A stretch of 64,000 bases of DNA from Phenylobacterium sp. (lineage in GTDB: Bacteria; Pseudomonadota; Alphaproteobacteria; Caulobacterales; Caulobacteraceae), in the NCBI RefSeq assembly GCF_046590535.1, contig NZ_JBKJTG010000251.1, positions 10,995 through 74,994 of the forward strand, written 5' to 3'. The notes beneath the pieces were generated by a model. That model was not told the origin of the DNA, made no database searches, and was given only the letters and a program-made list of their open reading frames with translations. The position numbers and the translations under genes were made by a program. Below, in pieces: positions 1 to 9,999 of this stretch (within the stretch, counting starts at the first letter, position 1; each line of letters starts with the position of its first letter).

Positions 1-54
1 GTCGGCCCCAACCCTTTGCGGTCAACCAGACCCGCCGTGCTCGCAACCCCAGCT

Positions 55-336
55 ATGAGCGAGGCTCCGGCCTCGGGCGCCCTTTTGCTTCCACCTGACA
101 AGTCGAGACTGCCCAGCCGGCACACCACGGTCGGGCCAGAGCGGGCGCCGCATCGCTTCGAGAACGGTCCGCGCTTCTACGGCCTGCCACTCAACCCCGG
201 CTTCGTCGCCCTGGGGCGGACCTCATGGTGTGTGTGGGAGAGCTTGGCGGCGGCGGGCTCCGAGCTCGTACCGTTCCAGGCCGGCGCCAGGCTCGACTGG
301 AAGTTCGTCGGCCCGGTCGCCGCGGAAGGCCGCTGA
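55..336 (+). CDS. hypothetical protein (possibly the 3' part of a gene that begins upstream of the window)
   Basis: Frame 1 is open from position 1. GC3 becomes high only after about nt 150. The TGA at 334-336 overlaps the ATG of the next gene (TGATG), which suggests coupling. No recognisable motif. Confidence 0.25.
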   Translation: MSEAPASGALLLPPDKSRLPSRHTTVGPERAPHRFENGPRFYGLPLNPGFVALGRTSWCVWESLAAAGSELVPFQAGARLDWKFVGPVAAEGR

Positions 337-1172
337 TGCGGCCGCTGGCGGTGATCGCCACTATGCACGGCAAGGAGCGCGTCCTGGCGCCGCTGCTGGA
401 GACCGAGCTCGGCTTCGACACGACCCTGGCGCAGGGGCTGGACACCGATCTGTTCGGCACCTTCACCGGCGAAGTCGCGCGCCTGGGCACGCAACTGGAG
501 GCCGCTCGGGCCAAGGCGGAGCTGGCGCTGAGGCTTTCGCCGGACGCCCGCTTCGCGGTCGCCAGCGAAGGCAGCTTCGGGCCGCATCCGGCCATGCCGC
601 TGATCCCCGGCGGCCATGAACTCGTCCTGCTGCTCGACCGGGAAACCGGGCAGGAGGTGCTGGGCCACCACGTCACCGCCAAGACCAACTATCGGCAGGC
701 CCTGATCGCCAGCCCAGAGGAGGCCCTGCGCTTCGCCGAGCACGCTGGGTTCCCCACGCACGCCCTGGTGGTCGGCCGCTGCCCGAGCGGTGAGATCGCA
801 GCTGCCGAGCCTGTGGCCAAGGCCGTGCAAGCGCAGGACCGGCTCCTGGAGTTGGCGAACGACCTGATCGCCCGGGACGGCCATTTCGTCCTCAGCACGG
901 ATATGCGCGCCCACCTCAATCCTACCCGCATGACCGCCATCGAAGCCGCCGGCCGCGACCTCGTTACGGGCTATGCCTCGCGCTGCCGAGCCTGCGATCG
1001 ACCGGGGTTCGTGGTCAACGAGCGCATCCTGGGCCTGCCCTGCGGCGATTGCGGGACGCCGACGCGGATGACCCTCGCCGAAGTCCGCCGCTGCGTCGGC
1101 TGCGGGGAGACCGAACGGCGCGACATTCCTGGCATGGCCGATCCGACTTGGTGCGATGAGTGCAATCCCTGA
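336..1172 (+). CDS. conserved hypothetical protein with a C-terminal double zinc ribbon (possibly DUF6671-like)
   Basis: This is the internal ATG of the 225..1172 ORF and it overlaps the upstream stop. GC3 is high. The C-terminus carries four CxxC pairs: CRAC, CGDC, CVGC and CDEC. Confidence 0.7.
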   Translation: MRPLAVIATMHGKERVLAPLLETELGFDTTLAQGLDTDLFGTFTGEVARLGTQLEAARAKAELALRLSPDARFAVASEGSFGPHPAMPLIPGGHELVLLLDRETGQEVLGHHVTAKTNYRQALIASPEEALRFAEHAGFPTHALVVGRCPSGEIAAAEPVAKAVQAQDRLLELANDLIARDGHFVLSTDMRAHLNPTRMTAIEAAGRDLVTGYASRCRACDRPGFVVNERILGLPCGDCGTPTRMTLAEVRRCVGCGETERRDIPGMADPTWCDECNP

Positions 1173-1199
1173 CCCCTAAACGTGCGCAGGGGCCTACGC

Positions 1200-1442
1200 C
1201 CGCTAGGCCGAACTGCCAACTCAGCCACAGATAGAGCGGAATGCCGACGATGATGTCGAAGGGGAAGGTCGCGCCCAGCGAAAGCGGCAGGTAGACGCCG
1301 CCTGCGGCAGCGCCAGCCGCATGGCCTCCAGCACGGCGATATAGCAGGCGCTGGCCGCCAGCGTGGCCAGCAGCGCCCGGGCCTCTGGCGGGACGCCGAG
1401 CGCCGCGCACAGCGCGAACGCCGAGGTGAGCGGCATGAGCAA
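1200..1442 (-). pseudogene. frameshifted C-terminal remnant of a DUF897/SbtA-like (sodium-dependent bicarbonate transporter family) permease
   Basis: Two minus-strand frames together read ...LLATLAASACYIAVLEAMRLALPQAA / GGVYLPLSLGATFPFDIIVGIPLYLW. This resembles the conserved C-terminus of that permease family. There is no upstream continuation and a frame switch occurs near 1300. Confidence 0.35.
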
Positions 1443-1646
1443 GCCGAAGGCTAGGGGCCACCGCTGGACGTTTTCTGGAAGCGGGTGACATAGGTGGCCA
1501 AGGGGCCTGCCGTCCGGTGCTCGCGCTCCTCGTAGGCGCGCCGCCCCAGTGAACGCGAGATGAAGGGCGGGCTCACGTGACGCTCATTCGATGCGTGGCG
1601 TGTTGTAGGAACGGCCGTCTCGGCCATTCAGCAACGGATCGGCACG

Positions 1647-2075
1647 ATGAGAAAGCTTTTGAGTATCGTTCTAGCCACCGCCGCCATCGGCGCCGTCGGG
1701 GCTCCAGCCATAGCGCAACCGCACGAACACGAGGACCAGAACCAGCGTCAGTATGGTCAGTACTTCGGCGGTTATCAGAGCTTCGACAATCTCTACCAAC
1801 ATGACGTTGAGGGCATCCAGCACGGCCTTCGCGACGGGTCCTACACCCGCCAGGAGGCTCGCTACTTCATGGTTCAGCTGAGGCAGATTCGGCAGCGGGA
1901 ACTCTATTTTCGTTCGCGAGATGGCCTCCTGGACCCGCGCGAAGGTCAGGACATCCAGCGGCGACTGGAGCAACTGCATGACGTGATGCACGAAGCCCAT
2001 GAGGACGGCCACGACGCCCAGGACGACTGGAATGACGGTCGCCGCGATGACGGCCGCAACTATCCCCGTCGCTAG
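1647..2075 (+). CDS. secreted His/Asp/Arg-rich hypothetical protein
   Basis: The N-terminus is a Sec signal (MRKLLSIVLATAAIGAVGAPAIAQP). The mature part is charged and His-rich. GC3 is high and a strong hairpin follows the stop. Confidence 0.6.
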   Translation: MRKLLSIVLATAAIGAVGAPAIAQPHEHEDQNQRQYGQYFGGYQSFDNLYQHDVEGIQHGLRDGSYTRQEARYFMVQLRQIRQRELYFRSRDGLLDPREGQDIQRRLEQLHDVMHEAHEDGHDAQDDWNDGRRDDGRNYPRR

Positions 2076-2078
2076 GAC

Positions 2079-2115
2079 GGCAAGGCGGAGCGCGCACCGG
2101 GCGCTCCGCCTTGCC
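2079..2115 (+). terminator. stem-loop immediately after the stop of the 1647..2075 gene
   Basis: Perfect 15-bp inverted repeat GGCAAGGCGGAGCGC / GCGCTCCGCCTTGCC with a 7-nt loop, starting 4 nt after the TAG. There is no clear U-tract. Confidence 0.45.
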
Positions 2116-2403
2116 GCGGTCACACACGTGATGGCTCGCTAATCGCGGCCTCCCGAGGGGTCCCGCCCTGCGGCGCGTCTACAAACAGACCCCACCACCC
2201 ATGAGGACCTTACCTCCGGCGCCGCCCAAGCGGCATATTCGGAGAAGAGTTAGCGTTAGCCTGCCAGCACCTCGCGCAGCCAGCAGAATGCTCCAGACCG
2301 GACGTTGCAAGACTCTACGAAGTGGGCGGGTAACGCCATCGCACTTCAAACAACCAATCCATTCGATCTGGCGCTGCGCCACGCATGAGAGCCGCCCAGG
2401 CCC

Positions 2404-4659
2404 TCAACCCAGACGGTTGATCCCCGCGCCGTCAAGCACCAGACGCACCTTGATGGCCAACTGGTCGATGGTGAAGGGCTTGGCGATCAGCGCCACGCCG
2501 GGATCCAGGACGCCGTTGTGGACCACGGCATTGCGGGTGAATCCGGTCGTATAGAGCACCTTTAGGTCTGGGCGCGTTTCGCGGGCCCTGTCGGCGAGCT
2601 GGCGGCCATTCATGTCGGGCATGACGATGTCGGTGAACAGCAGGTCGACGCGCGGTGTCACCGCCAGGACCGCCAGCGCCTGGGCGGCGTCGCTGGCCTG
2701 CACGATCGTGTAACCGAAATCGCGCAAGGCTTCGACCGAGAGGAAGCGGATTTTCTCGTCGTCCTCGACGACCAGGATGACCTCGCCGGCCCTGGCTTGG
2801 GCCGTCTCGGCGCTGATCGCCGGCTTGTCCGCATCGAGGGCGCCCTCGGCGCCGACGTAGCGTTGCAGATAGAGCCGCAAAGTCGTGCCGTGGCCGGGCT
2901 CGGAGTAGATTTTCACATGGCCGCCGGACTGCTTGACGAAGCCATGCACCTGGCTGAGGCCGAGCCCCGTGCCCTTGCCGACCCCCTTGGTGGTGAAGAA
3001 GGGGTCGAACACCCGCTCAATGACGTCGGCCGGCATCCCGATCCCCGTGTCGGTGACCGAGACCAGGACGAACTGGCCCGCCGTAGCCTCCGGATTGGCC
3101 ACGGCATAAGCGTCGTCGAGGTGCGCGTTGGAGGTCTCCACCGTCAGCCTGCCGCCCTCCGGCATGGCGTCACGGGCGTTGATCACCAGGTTGAGGATTG
3201 CGTTCTCGAGCTGGCCCGGATCGACGAAGGCGCGCCAGAGTCCGCCAGCAAGTATGGTCTCCACCCGCAGGTGCTCACCGATCGTGTGCCGCAGCATCTC
3301 AGACATGCCGCCCACCAGCTTGCTGACGTCGAGCGCCTGTGGCTCGAGGGGTGTCTGGCGTGAGAAGGCAAGGAGGCGCGCGGTGAGCAGCGCCGCGCGG
3401 TGAGCGCCTTCCAGGGCGTTGTCGATACAGACCACGGCGCGGGCCCGGTCGGTGTCGAGCCGCCGCTTGGCGATGTCGAGCGAGCCGATGATGATCGACA
3501 GCATGTTGTTGAAGTCGTGGGCGATACCGCCGGTGAGCTGCCCGATGCTCTCCATCTTCTGCATCTGACGGACCTGGGCTTCAGCCGCTTGCCGGGTCTC
3601 CAGCTCTTCCTTCAGCTGGGCGTTCGCGGCTTTTAGATTCGCGGCCGAGACCTTCAGGTCGATGTTTGCAGCATTAAGCTCCGTCAGGTCCCTCGCGAAG
3701 CCGGTGAAGAACCGCCGGTCCCCAACCCTCATTTCGCCGACCGACAGCTCCATGGGGAAGGTCGAGCCGTCCCTGCGCTCGCCCACGACCATTCGGCCGA
3801 TGCCGATGATCCGCCGCTCCCCCGTGGTGAGATACCGGTCCAGATAGCTGTCGTGCTCATCACGGTAGGGGTTCGGCATCAGCATCCGGATGTTTCGCCC
3901 GATGGCTTCGTCACCCGGCCAGCCGAACAGGCGCTCGGCGGCAGCGCTGAAGGACTGCATGAGCCCGCGCTCGTCGATGACGATCATGGCGTCGGGCACG
4001 GTGTCCAGGATCGACTGCAGGTGCCTCTCGCGGGCCGTGAGATCCGCGAGCCGAAGATGCGCCTGGCGGAAGGTGACGAAAGCCAGGGCCGCGATGATCA
4101 CGCCGTTGAGGACCAAGGCCAGCTGGGCGAGCAGGGCCTGGCGTTCAGTGACCCGATCGCGGATCCGCAGCAGATCGCGCTGTTCGGCCTTCATCGCGAT
4201 CACGACGGCGCGGATCTCGTCCATCAGCGCTTTACCGCGATCCAGCCGGGCGGTCGCGCCCTGGCGACTGCCGGCCCGGTAGAGGGCGATGTTCTCGCGG
4301 AGGCCTTGCTGCCTGGCTGTCGAAAGCTCGCCCAGGCGTTTCAAGGAGGCTTGCTGACGAGGATTGTCGGCCGTGGTCACCGCGAGCGCCTTGACCTCGC
4401 GATCGATGACGGAGATCGCCGCCTCGTAGGGCTTCAGATAGCTGGCCTCGCCGGTGAGCAGGAAGCCGCGCGTGCCGGTCTCGGCGTCCTGTAACTGCGA
4501 GAAGACCGAAGAGAGTCGGTTCTCGACCTCGAGCGCGTGGCGCACGAGGGTGGAGCTCTGCTGTTGCTGATTGGCCAGCCACACGGAGCCGAAGACCATG
4601 ACGACCAGCAGAATGAACCCCAACAGGGGAGGAAGCATCGACCGATTGTCTAGGGGCAT
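2404..4659 (-). CDS. hybrid sensor histidine kinase (CHASE3-PAS-HisKA-HATPase-REC)
   Basis: Start chosen at [20 protein letters not shown], which is followed by a TM helix. There is a CHASE3-like periplasmic region. The H-box is IAHDFNNML; N/G boxes are [16 protein letters not shown] and GTGLGLS. The C-terminal receiver reads LVVEDDE...[11 protein letters not shown]...AKPF. Confidence 0.9.
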   Translation of the reverse strand: MPLDNRSMLPPLLGFILLVVMVFGSVWLANQQQQSSTLVRHALEVENRLSSVFSQLQDAETGTRGFLLTGEASYLKPYEAAISVIDREVKALAVTTADNPRQQASLKRLGELSTARQQGLRENIALYRAGSRQGATARLDRGKALMDEIRAVVIAMKAEQRDLLRIRDRVTERQALLAQLALVLNGVIIAALAFVTFRQAHLRLADLTARERHLQSILDTVPDAMIVIDERGLMQSFSAAAERLFGWPGDEAIGRNIRMLMPNPYRDEHDSYLDRYLTTGERRIIGIGRMVVGERRDGSTFPMELSVGEMRVGDRRFFTGFARDLTELNAANIDLKVSAANLKAANAQLKEELETRQAAEAQVRQMQKMESIGQLTGGIAHDFNNMLSIIIGSLDIAKRRLDTDRARAVVCIDNALEGAHRAALLTARLLAFSRQTPLEPQALDVSKLVGGMSEMLRHTIGEHLRVETILAGGLWRAFVDPGQLENAILNLVINARDAMPEGGRLTVETSNAHLDDAYAVANPEATAGQFVLVSVTDTGIGMPADVIERVFDPFFTTKGVGKGTGLGLSQVHGFVKQSGGHVKIYSEPGHGTTLRLYLQRYVGAEGALDADKPAISAETAQARAGEVILVVEDDEKIRFLSVEALRDFGYTIVQASDAAQALAVLAVTPRVDLLFTDIVMPDMNGRQLADRARETRPDLKVLYTTGFTRNAVVHNGVLDPGVALIAKPFTIDQLAIKVRLVLDGAGINRLG

Positions 4660-5049
4660 GGTCGAGGTGATGGGCGCGCCGGAAGATTTATGCAAAGACT
4701 CTACGATGAGGACTGGTGACGGGTTGCGGCCGGCATGCCCAGGGACATCGCCCGCTGGGCCGCCCACGCAAGCGGGACCCTGCGCCAGTCGGCGTCACTT
4801 TACGGCTTCGAAATCGCGCCGCGCAGCATCGCGCTCTGAATGTCGGGAGCCAGGGACGCCAGCTTCACGAGCCGAATGGCGGACCCTTGCGGCCTGAGCC
4901 CGACCCTCCCCTCCCCTCTTTGCTTGCCGGAGACGAGTTCGCATAAGACTGGCACCACCCCAGCCACATCCACCCCGGGGTGTCGGCCTTGCGTTCGGCA
5001 GGCGCCGCGCCCGCCCGCGGAACCTTGCGGACGGGCGCGGCGGAGGCGA

Positions 5050-5235
5050 TCAGCGGGCGGGGACGAGCAGCAGGCCGAGTTCAGCAGCCCAGAGTTGATC
5101 CTTCACCGACAGCTTGCGGAACTTGAGGCCGCGCAGCCGCGCCTCATCGGGCGCCGGGCGCCGGTTCTCCTCGACGATGGCCGCCTCGAGCTGCGTGTGC
5201 TCCACTCTCAGGCGGTGGACAAGATGGTGTTTCAT
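5050..5235 (-). CDS. DUF465 (YdcH-like) small protein
   Basis: 61 aa, with LEAAIVEE...PDEARLRGLKFRKLSVKDQL typical of the DUF465 coiled-coil family. An imperfect hairpin (5001-5040) lies downstream. Confidence 0.55.
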   Translation of the reverse strand: MKHHLVHRLRVEHTQLEAAIVEENRRPAPDEARLRGLKFRKLSVKDQLWAAELGLLLVPAR

Positions 5236-5558
5236 ATGAGCTCCTCTCTCAAGGGAGCGCTCGATGCAGCTCCGTCGGGGGAGAGGAGAGCCAGCATCGA
5301 GCGCGCCCGATGCGGTCCGACATCGCGATCACCTTGATCGCCAGAGGGGCCCGGTCCGCTCACCCTAGATGTGGGCCGTCTTCGCCCGGGCAAGGTGCGG
5401 CTTCATCAATTCGGCTCATGAGGGCGATGAGGTTCCTCAATGCCGCTCCATATCGGTCGCGTTGGGGCAGATCAGGCCCACTGCGCCAAACCGGAGACGA
5501 GTTGTCGTAGGACTGCCCGCACCAACTGGAACGTTTGGCGCCCCTAGCGAACCTTGGG

Positions 5559-6518
5559 CTATGAGTCCGGCAACCCAACGGGCGGCAGCGCCTGCAGAAA
5601 GGCTCGGAGGTCGCGGGCGCTCTCCTCCGGCATCTGTTCCATCGGAACGTGTCCGCCTTCGGCGTAGGTTACCAGCTTCGATCCCGGTATGCCGCCGACG
5701 AATCCGCGCGAGCGCTCCGGCGGGATCACTTGGTCCTTCAGCCCAACCATAACGAGGGTGGGCGTGCGAATCCGGGCGAAGCTTTGAGGCGGCGTCGTGG
5801 ACCTGCCGCCACTGCCGCTCGTCAGCAGGGCGCGATGCCCTGGCGCACGCGCCAGCTCCACGTAGCGGTCCACGAGCGCCTGCGTGACAAGGCGCTCGTC
5901 CTGGTAGGCCTGACGCAGGCCTCGGGCGGCGAGCGGCCGCGGGTCAAGATTGCGCAGCAGGACCCGGCCTGCCGGGTTGGTTAGCAGCTTGAAAACCGCG
6001 GGGCCGCCTGCGCCGCGCGCTTCCGACGGCCAGCCTGCGGCGTTGACCAGCACTAGGCCCTCGAGCCGCTCGGGATGGGCGAGCGCGTAAGACCAGGCCA
6101 CCGCCCCACCCATGGAATTCCCGGCCACCACAAACCGCTCGACCCCCACGCGGCGGGTAACCTCGTCGACGACGGCGACGTTGCCGGCCGTGGACGTCCG
6201 GTAGTCGGCCGGCGCCCGCGTAAGGCCGTGGCCCGGCAGATCCAACGTCAGAACCCGGTATTCGCCCCGGAGCCGCTCGGCCCAGGGCTCCCAGGCGTGC
6301 AGGGAGGCTGCGAAACCGTGCACCAGCACGACGACACGCGCATCCGTCGGGCCCTCGTCGCGATAGTGGACGCGCAGCCCGTCCGGCAACGTCATATAGC
6401 GCGAAGCGGGGCTAGCGTACTTACCCTCGAGTTGCGGGTACGGGATGTCCGCGGCTATACAGCCGGATAGCCAAGCCCCAGCCAGCACGACTGCGACCGA
6501 GCGGAGGAGGTGAGCCAT
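5559..6518 (-). CDS. alpha/beta-fold hydrolase, predicted lipoprotein
   Basis: Lipobox in the signal peptide (AWLSGC). HGF oxyanion region (LVHGFAAS). Nucleophile elbow GNSMGG. C-terminal GGH. Confidence 0.85.
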   Translation of the reverse strand: MAHLLRSVAVVLAGAWLSGCIAADIPYPQLEGKYASPASRYMTLPDGLRVHYRDEGPTDARVVVLVHGFAASLHAWEPWAERLRGEYRVLTLDLPGHGLTRAPADYRTSTAGNVAVVDEVTRRVGVERFVVAGNSMGGAVAWSYALAHPERLEGLVLVNAAGWPSEARGAGGPAVFKLLTNPAGRVLLRNLDPRPLAARGLRQAYQDERLVTQALVDRYVELARAPGHRALLTSGSGGRSTTPPQSFARIRTPTLVMVGLKDQVIPPERSRGFVGGIPGSKLVTYAEGGHVPMEQMPEESARDLRAFLQALPPVGLPDS

Positions 6519-7050
6519 CCGGGAACGCTAACACGCCCGCAGGATGACCTTGCGTCAGCTCTCGTAGGGTTGCCGAGGTTTGCCTTCCATCCGCCACCGC
6601 CGTACGCGCGTCCCTGCGCGGCGCGTGATGCCCGCGTCTATCAGATCCTGACGTGCTCGGACGCACAGGGCGCCGTCCGCTCGATCCTGAGGTACCTAAG
6701 CACCTGAACGCCGAAACTATGCCATGCGCGCCGGCGCCGCGAACTGCACGCGGCGCCTCTGGTCCGAAACACTCAACGGGTCCGTCAACGTCCGCATGAG
6801 GTCGAACTCGGCCTTCGCGCGCGGCACGAAGGTCCGACTGTGGGCAAGGCTAATGTCCAGAAATGGCGCGGCTGGCCCCGCTCCGAAGGGTGGAGGTGGG
6901 CTGAGCTGACGGCCGTGATCACCCGCTCTACCAACCCCTCCGCTAGTTCGACAGCTCGCCCGAAGTGATCCGTCTTGTGGATGTTGTACGTGAAGTACGG
7001 TGTGGATGACCTCGCGTCGGTCGACGGCCCGCCGCGTCGAGCTTCCGCGA

Positions 7051-7653
7051 TCAACCTCTGAAGCGCGACGACAACAGGAAGGTAAAGCCGCTCAGGACCT
7101 TTGCTCTAAGATCCGCCGCGGCGCCTGGGTCCGGCGCGCCGCTCGCCAAAGTGGCCGCGGCGATCCCCCGTCCCAGGACCCACAGCAGCAGCGCGACGCT
7201 CTCGACCTGCGCTGCCGGCACCCGGTCGTCTCCATCCAGCGAACTTCGGAACACGACGAAGGCTTCCTGCTCGGCGGCACGTGTGTGGGCGTCGCCTGTC
7301 AATATCGGGCATGACTGCATCAACGCGTAAAGCTGTGGGTGGTCTTGGATGAATTGGAGATAGGCGGAGGAAGCGGCGTCGACCTGATGGGGGGCCGCGC
7401 CACGGTCCATGGCCCGGGCGATCTTGATCCCCAGGTCGCGCCAACCCTGCTTCGCCAATTCCGTCAGCAAGGCGTCCTTGTCGGCGAAGTGATAGTAGAG
7501 GCTCGCGACCGCGCTGCCGGCCTTGTCAGCGATCACTCGCAGGTGAAGCCCCTCGACACCCGCCTCTTCCAGTAGCGTTTGCGCAGCGTCCAGGGCGCGG
7601 CGCCTAAGCGTGGCCCCGCTGGGGGAAAGCTTGAAATCCGCAGGGCGGTTCAT
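7051..7653 (-). CDS. TetR/AcrR family transcriptional regulator
   Basis: N-terminal HTH (LHLRVIADKAGSAVASLYYHFADKDALL). Divergent from the P450 gene. Confidence 0.85.
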   Translation of the reverse strand: MNRPADFKLSPSGATLRRRALDAAQTLLEEAGVEGLHLRVIADKAGSAVASLYYHFADKDALLTELAKQGWRDLGIKIARAMDRGAAPHQVDAASSAYLQFIQDHPQLYALMQSCPILTGDAHTRAAEQEAFVVFRSSLDGDDRVPAAQVESVALLLWVLGRGIAAATLASGAPDPGAAADLRAKVLSGFTFLLSSRFRG

Positions 7654-7777
7654 TTCAGTCCGAGGCTCCGCGATCGGCGATGTCGGCTTGCGCTATATTG
7701 CCAGGAAAGGGGCGCTTGCGTGAGGTAGCTCGAAACCGCAGCCGGGAAGATGCACTGAGGCGGGAGATAGTGCCTTG

Positions 7778-7792
7778 TCGAACAAAGTTCGA
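7778..7792. promoter_or_regulatory. candidate TetR operator in the tetR/P450 divergent intergenic region
   Basis: Perfect palindrome TCGAAC-AAA-GTTCGA, 42 nt upstream of the P450 ATG. Confidence 0.4.
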
Positions 7793-7833
7793 AGCCCGCA
7801 AGCTGCCGGTCACGCAGGGTCCGGAGCGACACC

Positions 7834-9129
7834 ATGGCAGACGGCATGATCGATGTGCTGAGCGAAAAGCGCGCTTTGGCCCATAAGCGGGCCTATGAAA
7901 CGCCCCTTGAAGAGTTGAACCCGGCATGGGCCTCGGCCTTCCGCGATGACGCGCACTGGGCCTACTTCGAGCGCCTCCGCCGGGAAGACCCGGTCCATTG
8001 GACGCCGGAGAGCAACTACGGCCCGTTCTGGTCGATCACCAAGTACAACGACATCATGGCGGTCGACACCAATCACGAGGTGTTTTCGTCGGCCAACGGC
8101 ATCGCGCTTCCGCCCAAGGCCAACCTCACTCCCGAGATGCTGAAAGCCCTTAATCGCGCTTCGGCGCCGAGCTTCATTGGCATGGACCCGCCGCGACACG
8201 ACGAGCAGCGCAAGACCGTGAGCCCGGCTTTGGCGCCGGCCGGTCTCGAACGGATGGCCCCACAGATCCGCGAGCGCGCGGGGCTGATCCTCGACTCTCT
8301 GCCGATCGGCGAGCCGTTCGACTGGGTCGACCTGGTGTCCAAGGAATTAACTACCATGACCCTGGCGACGCTGTTCGACTTCCCGTTCGGGGAGCGTCGC
8401 AAGCTGACCCACTGGTCCGACGCCATGACCACAGCGCCAGGGCACGGCCCGGTCGCCACCTTCCAGGAGCGCATGGCGACGCTCGCCGATTGTCGCGACT
8501 ACTTCGTGCGCCTCTGGAACGCGCGGGTGAACGCCGAGCCCGCCGGCGATCTGATCTCGATGCTGGCCCATGCTCCGCAGACGCGGAACCTGACCATGGA
8601 CGAGTATTTCAGCAACGTCGCTTTGCTGATCATTGGCGGCAACGACACCACGCGGAATACGATCTCGGGCTCGATCTTTGCCTTGAACCGCAGCCCCGAT
8701 CAGTACGACAAGCTGCGCGCAAACCCCGACCTGATCCCTTCGATGGTGTCCGAGACCATCCGCTGGCAGACGCCGCTGGCGCACATGGCGCGCACGGCGA
8801 CGCAGGACTACGATTTCCGGGGCAAGACCATCAAGAAGGGCGACAGGGTCGTCATGTGGTACGTCTCGGGCAACCGCGACGAAGAGGTGATCGAGAACCC
8901 TGACGCCTACATCATCGACCGCCCACGGCCACGCCAGCACCTGTCCTTCGGCTTCGGCATTCACCGCTGTGTCGGCAACCGGCTGGCGGAACTACAGCTG
9001 AAGATCATCTGGGAGGAGATACTGAAGCGCTTCCCGGAGGTACGCCTGCTCGAAGAGCCAAAGCGCAGCTATTCGATCTTCATCAAGGGCTACGAGGAGA
9101 TGAGGGTCCTCATCCCGGCGCGGCGCTGA
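7834..9129 (+). CDS. cytochrome P450, CYP153-like (terminal alkane/alkyl hydroxylase family)
   Basis: Haem-thiolate loop FGFGIHRCVGNRLA. I-helix LLIIGGNDTTRN. The N-terminal FWSITKYNDIMAVDTNHEVFSS is characteristic of CYP153. Confidence 0.9.
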   Translation: MADGMIDVLSEKRALAHKRAYETPLEELNPAWASAFRDDAHWAYFERLRREDPVHWTPESNYGPFWSITKYNDIMAVDTNHEVFSSANGIALPPKANLTPEMLKALNRASAPSFIGMDPPRHDEQRKTVSPALAPAGLERMAPQIRERAGLILDSLPIGEPFDWVDLVSKELTTMTLATLFDFPFGERRKLTHWSDAMTTAPGHGPVATFQERMATLADCRDYFVRLWNARVNAEPAGDLISMLAHAPQTRNLTMDEYFSNVALLIIGGNDTTRNTISGSIFALNRSPDQYDKLRANPDLIPSMVSETIRWQTPLAHMARTATQDYDFRGKTIKKGDRVVMWYVSGNRDEEVIENPDAYIIDRPRPRQHLSFGFGIHRCVGNRLAELQLKIIWEEILKRFPEVRLLEEPKRSYSIFIKGYEEMRVLIPARR

Positions 9130-9294
9130 AGTAAGGTGACACGCACTCTGCCATGAGGCCAGGCCGACGCGCCCGCGCCGCTGGCCCTCGCCGGCTACAA
9201 GAGCGGAGCGTCGCAACCGACGCGGTCGTCTGCACCAGCAACGGCAAGGCCAACTATTCCACCTCCGAGAGATCGACAAGAGGAGCGCCTGACC

Positions 9295-9999
9295 ATGATG
9301 AAGCTTTATTCCGGAGATCTCAGCCCGTACTCCGCTCGGGTGCGGATGCAGATTTACGCCAAGGGCATCACCGACATCACGCTGGAACGGCCAGCGCATT
9401 TCGGCATGCCGAAGTTCCGCGACGACCATCCGATCGGCCGTATCCCCGTGCTGGATATCGACGGCGACATGATGCCGGAATCTGAAGTGATCGCGGAGTT
9501 TCTTGAGCAGATCTACCCCGAGCCCTCGATGCTGGGCACGACGCCGCGCGAGACCGCGCACATCCGCACGATCGCCCGCATCGGCGACATCTACCTCATG
9601 AATAACATGTTCATGCTATCGCCCCAGAGCCGCGCCGCCACTCGAAACCAGGGGATTGTCGACCTGCTCGGCGGTCAGGTGGTGCGCAACATAAAAGCGC
9701 TCGACAAGCTTATTGGCAGTGATGGCTTCGCATGCGGCGGCCGGGTCACAATGGCCGACTGCGCCCTCGTCCCTGGCTTGTTCCTGGTCGAGAACGTCCT
9801 GCCGTCCGTGGGCGTCGACGATCCGATTCCCGCCAACGCGAACGTCGCTGCCTACTGGCGCGCGATCCAGAAGAACCAGCACGCCGCCAAGACCTTGACC
9901 GAACTCCACCGTGGCCTCGAAGAGCGCCGAGAGATGATCCGCAGCGGCGCGTTCGACAAAATGATGGCCGCCGCCGCAGCGGCCCACGCGGCCGCGTAG
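9295..9999 (+). CDS. glutathione S-transferase family protein
   Basis: GST N-domain pattern (KLYSGDLSPYSARVRM...IGRIPVL..ESEVIAEFL) followed by a helical C-domain. Confidence 0.8.
   Translation: MMKLYSGDLSPYSARVRMQIYAKGITDITLERPAHFGMPKFRDDHPIGRIPVLDIDGDMMPESEVIAEFLEQIYPEPSMLGTTPRETAHIRTIARIGDIYLMNNMFMLSPQSRAATRNQGIVDLLGGQVVRNIKALDKLIGSDGFACGGRVTMADCALVPGLFLVENVLPSVGVDDPIPANANVAAYWRAIQKNQHAAKTLTELHRGLEERREMIRSGAFDKMMAAAAAAHAAA

Noticed and set aside
177-914. 245-aa and 165-aa minus-strand ORFs, antisense to the 336..1172 gene
   Set aside because: Their Arg/Gly/Pro/Ala-rich low-complexity translations are typical of antisense frames in high-GC DNA. The sense frame has motifs and operon-style coupling.
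6519-7050. 530-bp gap of somewhat lower GC, with an 89-aa minus ORF (6785..7054) containing YFTYNIHKTDHFGRAVELAEGLVERV
   Set aside because: I could not match it to any family. It has no RBS, its coding signal is mixed and it overlaps the TetR stop. It may be a degraded gene remnant, but the sequence alone gives no support for this.
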